From Acidobacteriota bacterium (GTDB lineage: Bacteria > Acidobacteriota > UBA6911 > RPQK01 > JAJDTT01): 64,000 nucleotides of DNA. The notes below the pieces were generated by a model. That model made no database searches and was not told the DNA's origin. It worked only from the letters and a program-made list of their open reading frames with translations. Below are positions 59,733-64,000 of the stretch, in pieces. Both the position numbers and the translations under genes were made by a program. The stretch covers positions 6,144,001 to 6,208,000 of the forward strand of contig CBDCJH010000002.1 of the NCBI GenBank assembly GCA_965217775.1. Direction: 5' to 3'. Position 1 is the first letter of the stretch. Every line of letters starts with the position of its first letter.

Positions 59733-61208
59733 ATGAACTTACCTGAAGGTTTCCAGATTCCGGGACGGAATTCCATTTCCCGGCGGCAACTTCTGGCCCG
59801 GTCCGGACTCGGTTTCGGCAGCATCGCGCTGGCCAGTCTTCTGGATTCCGAGAACCTCCTGGGGACTCCGGCGCTCGACCGGTCGCGACCTTACATGGAC
59901 CTCAAGCCGCGGACAGGACATTTCCCGGGTCCGGCCAAGGCGGTGATCCAACTGGTACAGAACGGCGGACCCAGCCAGATGGATCTCTTCGACCCCAAGC
60001 CCGAGCTCACCAGGAGAGCCGGCCAGCCCCATCCCGACGGGGTCGAGATCCACCAGCCCAACAACCTGAACATCCTCATGCCCTGCCCCTACGAGTTCAA
60101 GCAGCACGGGCAGTCGGGCATGGAGATCTCGGAGGTGCTGCCCCACCTGAGCGGCATGGCGGACGAACTCTGCATGGTCCGGTCCATGTATTCCGTGCAC
60201 AACAACCATCCCGAGGGGCTCAACAACCTCCTGACTTCCCAGATCTTTCCGGGACGGCCGGTGATGGGCTCCTGGATCAGCTACGCCCTGGGCACCGAGA
60301 ATCAGAACCTACCCGCCTATGTGGTGCTCCGGGCCCCGGAGGGCTACAGCGTCAGCGGTAAGATCCTCTGGTCCAGCGGTTGGCTCCCGGCCCTCTACCA
60401 GGGAGTCGAGTTCAGTTCCATCGGAACCCCCGTGCATCACCTCCAACAGGAGGTCCCGCTGCCGCCGGGGGTACAGCGCCAGAGCCTAGACCTGTTGGCC
60501 CGCCTCAACCAACGGCATCTCGTCGATCACCCGGAGACGTCGGAGTTGGAAGCTCGAATCCAAAACTACGAGTTGGCGGCGCGGATGCAGTTGGCCGCGG
60601 CCGACGTTCTGGATCTTTCCCAGGAGTCGGAGGCCACCCGGAAGATGTACGGCCTGGACGACCCGATGACCGCCCCGTACGCGACCCGCTGTCTCATGGC
60701 TCGGCGTTTGGTGGAGTCGGGAGTCCGGTTCGTGCAGGTCTTCTCGGGCAAGGGTCAGCCCTGGGACAGCCACAGCAAGCTCAAGACCAACCTGGCCAAG
60801 ATCTGCGCCCAGACGGACCAGCCGACGGCCGCCCTGATCAAGGACCTGAAGAGCCGGGGTCTGCTCCAGAGCACTATCATCATGTGGGCCGGCGAGTTCG
60901 GGCGGCTTCCCACCACGCAGAACTCGGACGGGCGGGACCACAACCGGAACGCCTTCACCATCCTGTTCGCCGGAGGGGGCTTCAAGCCCGGCCTGACCTA
61001 CGGCGCCACCGACGAGTTCGCCTACAAGGCGGTGGAGAACCGGGTCAGCTGCCCCGACATGCAGGCCACGTTGTATCGCCTGTTGGGGATCGACCATTCC
61101 CGGCTGACCTACCGCCACGGCGGCCGGGAGGAGACGCCCACCAACTTGGCCATCACCGGCGCCAAGGTGGTGAACGACCTCATCGAGCACCCCCTTCCCG
61201 GAGCCTGA
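59733..61208 (+). CDS. DUF1501 domain protein (Tat signal)
   Basis: SRRQLL, GGPSQMDLFDPKP, ARRLVESGVRFVQ, WDSH, GEFGRLP, GRDHN. Confidence 0.93.
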   Translation: MNLPEGFQIPGRNSISRRQLLARSGLGFGSIALASLLDSENLLGTPALDRSRPYMDLKPRTGHFPGPAKAVIQLVQNGGPSQMDLFDPKPELTRRAGQPHPDGVEIHQPNNLNILMPCPYEFKQHGQSGMEISEVLPHLSGMADELCMVRSMYSVHNNHPEGLNNLLTSQIFPGRPVMGSWISYALGTENQNLPAYVVLRAPEGYSVSGKILWSSGWLPALYQGVEFSSIGTPVHHLQQEVPLPPGVQRQSLDLLARLNQRHLVDHPETSELEARIQNYELAARMQLAAADVLDLSQESEATRKMYGLDDPMTAPYATRCLMARRLVESGVRFVQVFSGKGQPWDSHSKLKTNLAKICAQTDQPTAALIKDLKSRGLLQSTIIMWAGEFGRLPTTQNSDGRDHNRNAFTILFAGGGFKPGLTYGATDEFAYKAVENRVSCPDMQATLYRLLGIDHSRLTYRHGGREETPTNLAITGAKVVNDLIEHPLPGA

Positions 61209-61213
61209 CCTCC

Positions 61214-64000
61214 ATGAGATCCAGATCGGGATTGCTGGGGGCGTTGCCGTTGCTCTTGTCCACCGTGCTGGCCGCCGCTCCAGGGACTACCTTCGAAAAG
61301 GACGTGCTCCCCATCTTCACGGCCCACTGCTTTGCCTGCCACGGGGGCACCTCCATGATCGGCCTGGATCTGCGCACGGCCCAGTCGATTTTCAAGGGAT
61401 CTCACAACGGTCCGGTGTTGGTGGAGGGCGACCCCTCCAAGAGCCTGCTCTACGAGAAGGTCTCGGCGCGGCAGATGCCGCCCAAGGCCTTCAACCTGGA
61501 CCTGTCCCAGCCCCAGATCGATACCATCAAGAGCTGGATCGAGGCGGGAGCGCCTCACGAGAAGGTTCAGCCCCTCCTCACGGCGGATCAGATGGAGCGG
61601 TTCAACCACCAGGCGCTGCCCATCTTCGAAGCCAAGTGCCTTGCCTGTCACGGCCAGGAACCCCCGCCGGGAGGCCTGGATCTGAGGACGCTGGAGGCCA
61701 CCCTCAAGGGGAGTGAAAACGGGCCCGTCGTGGTGGAGGGGGCTTCCGAGCTGAGCATCCTGATCCGCATCGTGTCCAGTGGGAGCATGCCGCCGCCGGG
61801 AGTCGGATCTCCCCTTACCGACAAGGAAATCGACAGCCTCCGGGCCTGGATCGATTCCTCCCGCTTCGGACCCGATCTCATCACTGAAGAGCGGGAGACC
61901 TTCAGTCTCGCGGAAGCGCCTCCCATCACCGAGGAGGATCGAAGTTTCTGGGCTTTCCACAAGCCGGAGGCCGCTCCGGTGCCCGAAGTCCGGGACCAGG
62001 GCCGGGTGCGGACTCCCATCGACGCCTTCGTCCTGGCCAAGTTGGAAGCCAAGGGTCTGGGCCTCTCCTCCGAGGAATCGCGGCCGACACTGATGCGCCG
62101 CGCCTACTTCGATCTCACCGGTCTGCCCCCTACCCCGGAGGAGATGGAGAAGTTTCTGTCGGACCCCCGGCCGGACGCCTACGAGCGGCTGGTGAACCGG
62201 TTGCTGGAGTCTCCCCACTACGGAGAGCGTTGGGGCCGCCACTGGCTGGACCTGATGGGCTACACCGACATCACCGGATTCGACAACGATCTTCACACCA
62301 CCAGCCTCTTCGAGGGGATGTGGAGATACCGGGACTGGGTGGTCGAGGCCCTCAATCGAGACAAGCCGTATGACCGTTTTCTGACCGAACAACTGGCCGG
62401 CGACGAGCTGGTGGACTGGCGGTCGGCCCAGGAATACACGCCGGAGACGGTACGGCTCCTGACCGCCACCGGTTTCATGCGCAGCAGCATGGACCGGACC
62501 GACTCGGATATCGTCAACCTGCCGGGCGAGAGATACTCGGTCATTTTCGACCTGGTGGAGCGGGTCTCCACCGGAATGCTGGCCCTCACCGTCGGCTGCG
62601 CCCGCTGCCACTCCCACAAGTTCGATCCCATTCCCCAGCGCGACTACTACCGGTTGATGTCGGTCTTCACTCCCGCTTACAACCCCATGCGCTGGAAGCA
62701 GCCCAAGGACCGCTTCCTTCCCGACGTTTCCCGTTCCGACCAGGAGGCCATCGAGCGCCACAACGCCGAGATCGACGCGCCCCAGAAGAAGCTGAAGGAA
62801 AAACTGGCGGCCCTGCGCAAGCCTTACGAGGAAATGCTGCTGGACCGGAAGCTTGAGCAGGTCTCGGATGAGATTCGGTCCGATGTGAAGACGGCATGGC
62901 AGACGTCCGAGGAGGAGCGTGGCGAGGTCCAGAAGTACCTGGCGGAGAAGTTTGCGACTCTGCTGGAGGTGAAGCCGGAGGAAGTGGACAAGGCTCTGAC
63001 CGAGGAACACAAAGCGGAAGGGGCAGGTTTCAAGAAAAAGATCGGTACCCTCGAGGGGTATCGGCGCAGCTTCAACAAGATCCAGGCGCTGTTCGACGTG
63101 GGTCTTCCCCCCGTGACCCGTCTGCTGCAGCGGGGAGACATCGAGTCTCCCGGACCCCGGGTGACGCCGGGCGGCCTGTCGGTCCTGAGCCCGCCCGGCC
63201 GGGACTCGATCCGGAAACCCGAGGAGACCCAGGGAGAAACGAGCGGCTACCGCCTGGGTCTGGCCAGGTGGCTGACCAGCCGCGACCATCCCTTGACGGC
63301 CCGGGTCATGGTCAACCGGGTGTGGCACCACCTGCTGGGACGGGGGATCGTCGCCACTCCCGGGAACTTCGGCCGCAACGGTTCTCCACCCACCCACCCC
63401 GAGCTGCTGGACTGGCTGGCGGTGGACTTCATGGAGAACGGCTGGTCCCTGAAGCGGTTGATGCGAATGATCGCGACCTCCAGCGTTTATCGGCAAGCCT
63501 TGCGCCGGCCGGACGGCGCGCCCGGCGAGACGGTGGATCCGGAGAATCTCCTGCTTTGGCGCATGAACCTGAAGCGTCTGGAAGCGGAGACCATCCGCGA
63601 CGCCATCCTGGCGGCCAGCGGAAGATTGAACCGGAGTCTGGGAGGGACGCCGGCGCTCCTCGAGTTCGACGCTTCGGGCCTGCAGACCGTGGGGGGCGAG
63701 GAACCGAACACCCGGAACCCGTTTCGCCGCAGCCTCTACATCCTGGCTCGCAGAAACTACCCGCTCAACTTTCTGGAGGCCTTCGACTATCCCAAGATCA
63801 CGGTCAACTGCACTCGCAGGGTCAACTCGGTGACGCCGATCCAGTCGCTGACCCTCATGAACGATCCGTTCCTGGTGGAGGAGGCCGGCCATCTGGCCCG
63901 GAGGGTCCGGGATCTGGCCGGCGAGAGTCCCGTAGAAAGAGTCCGGATGGCGTACCTTCTGACTTTATCCCGGCAACCCGAACCGGAGGAGATTCAGATC
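61214..64000 (+). CDS. PSD1/PSCyt (DUF1549/DUF1553) protein with two N-terminal planctomycete cytochrome c domains; runs off the window
   Basis: Manual translation from ATG 61214: signal peptide, CFACH, CLACH, PIDAFVLAKL, YGERWGRHWLD, CARCHSHKFDP, ARVMVNRVW, PTHPELLDWLA, RRSLY. Confidence 0.92.
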   Translation, partial: MRSRSGLLGALPLLLSTVLAAAPGTTFEKDVLPIFTAHCFACHGGTSMIGLDLRTAQSIFKGSHNGPVLVEGDPSKSLLYEKVSARQMPPKAFNLDLSQPQIDTIKSWIEAGAPHEKVQPLLTADQMERFNHQALPIFEAKCLACHGQEPPPGGLDLRTLEATLKGSENGPVVVEGASELSILIRIVSSGSMPPPGVGSPLTDKEIDSLRAWIDSSRFGPDLITEERETFSLAEAPPITEEDRSFWAFHKPEAAPVPEVRDQGRVRTPIDAFVLAKLEAKGLGLSSEESRPTLMRRAYFDLTGLPPTPEEMEKFLSDPRPDAYERLVNRLLESPHYGERWGRHWLDLMGYTDITGFDNDLHTTSLFEGMWRYRDWVVEALNRDKPYDRFLTEQLAGDELVDWRSAQEYTPETVRLLTATGFMRSSMDRTDSDIVNLPGERYSVIFDLVERVSTGMLALTVGCARCHSHKFDPIPQRDYYRLMSVFTPAYNPMRWKQPKDRFLPDVSRSDQEAIERHNAEIDAPQKKLKEKLAALRKPYEEMLLDRKLEQVSDEIRSDVKTAWQTSEEERGEVQKYLAEKFATLLEVKPEEVDKALTEEHKAEGAGFKKKIGTLEGYRRSFNKIQALFDVGLPPVTRLLQRGDIESPGPRVTPGGLSVLSPPGRDSIRKPEETQGETSGYRLGLARWLTSRDHPLTARVMVNRVWHHLLGRGIVATPGNFGRNGSPPTHPELLDWLAVDFMENGWSLKRLMRMIATSSVYRQALRRPDGAPGETVDPENLLLWRMNLKRLEAETIRDAILAASGRLNRSLGGTPALLEFDASGLQTVGGEEPNTRNPFRRSLYILARRNYPLNFLEAFDYPKITVNCTRRVNSVTPIQSLTLMNDPFLVEEAGHLARRVRDLAGESPVERVRMAYLLTLSRQPEPEEIQI

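Noticed and set aside
61109-63892. Long antisense ORFs (this 927-aa one, also 8311-10191, 2251-3630, 16947-18434, 57094-58566)
   Set aside because: Shadow frames opposite well-supported genes, expected in high-GC DNA

Overview
High-GC bacterial chromosome segment, probably Acidobacteriota. This is inferred from a GWxTD protein, a carboxypeptidase-domain TonB-dependent receptor, a DUF1501 + PSD1/planctomycete cytochrome c pair, and many Tat/lipoprotein carbohydrate-active enzymes. The backbone is metabolic and cell-envelope genes: SDR, DUF3179, an L,D-transpeptidase operon, AlaX, propeller hydrolases, Thr/Ser dehydratase, TMTC-like GT, mdh, Nramp, sialate O-acetylesterase, carbamoyltransferase, UxuA-like, CysK-like and a Ytr-type GntR/ABC module. 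It is interrupted by small accessory pockets. (i) An AT-richer island (~1.8-8.3 kb) holds a complete IS1380-family element (14-bp TIRs, GTGAT target duplication) and a ~1200-aa Dsr1-like SIR2 anti-phage protein. (ii) An intact Phd-VapC pair is bracketed by 26-bp direct repeats and followed by a 128-bp piece of a diverged mdh allele. (iii) A 158-bp MITE is present as two identical copies plus a remnant, one inserted in frame in an antitoxin gene. (iv) At five toxin-antitoxin loci the antitoxin survives while the toxin is reduced to stumps or absent. The carbamoyltransferase and its usual SxtJ/DUF5989 partners are split by ~8.4 kb, and an amidohydrolase carries two in-frame stops. No rRNA, tRNA or CRISPR array was seen. 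All family assignments come from motif recognition by eye, not from database searches.
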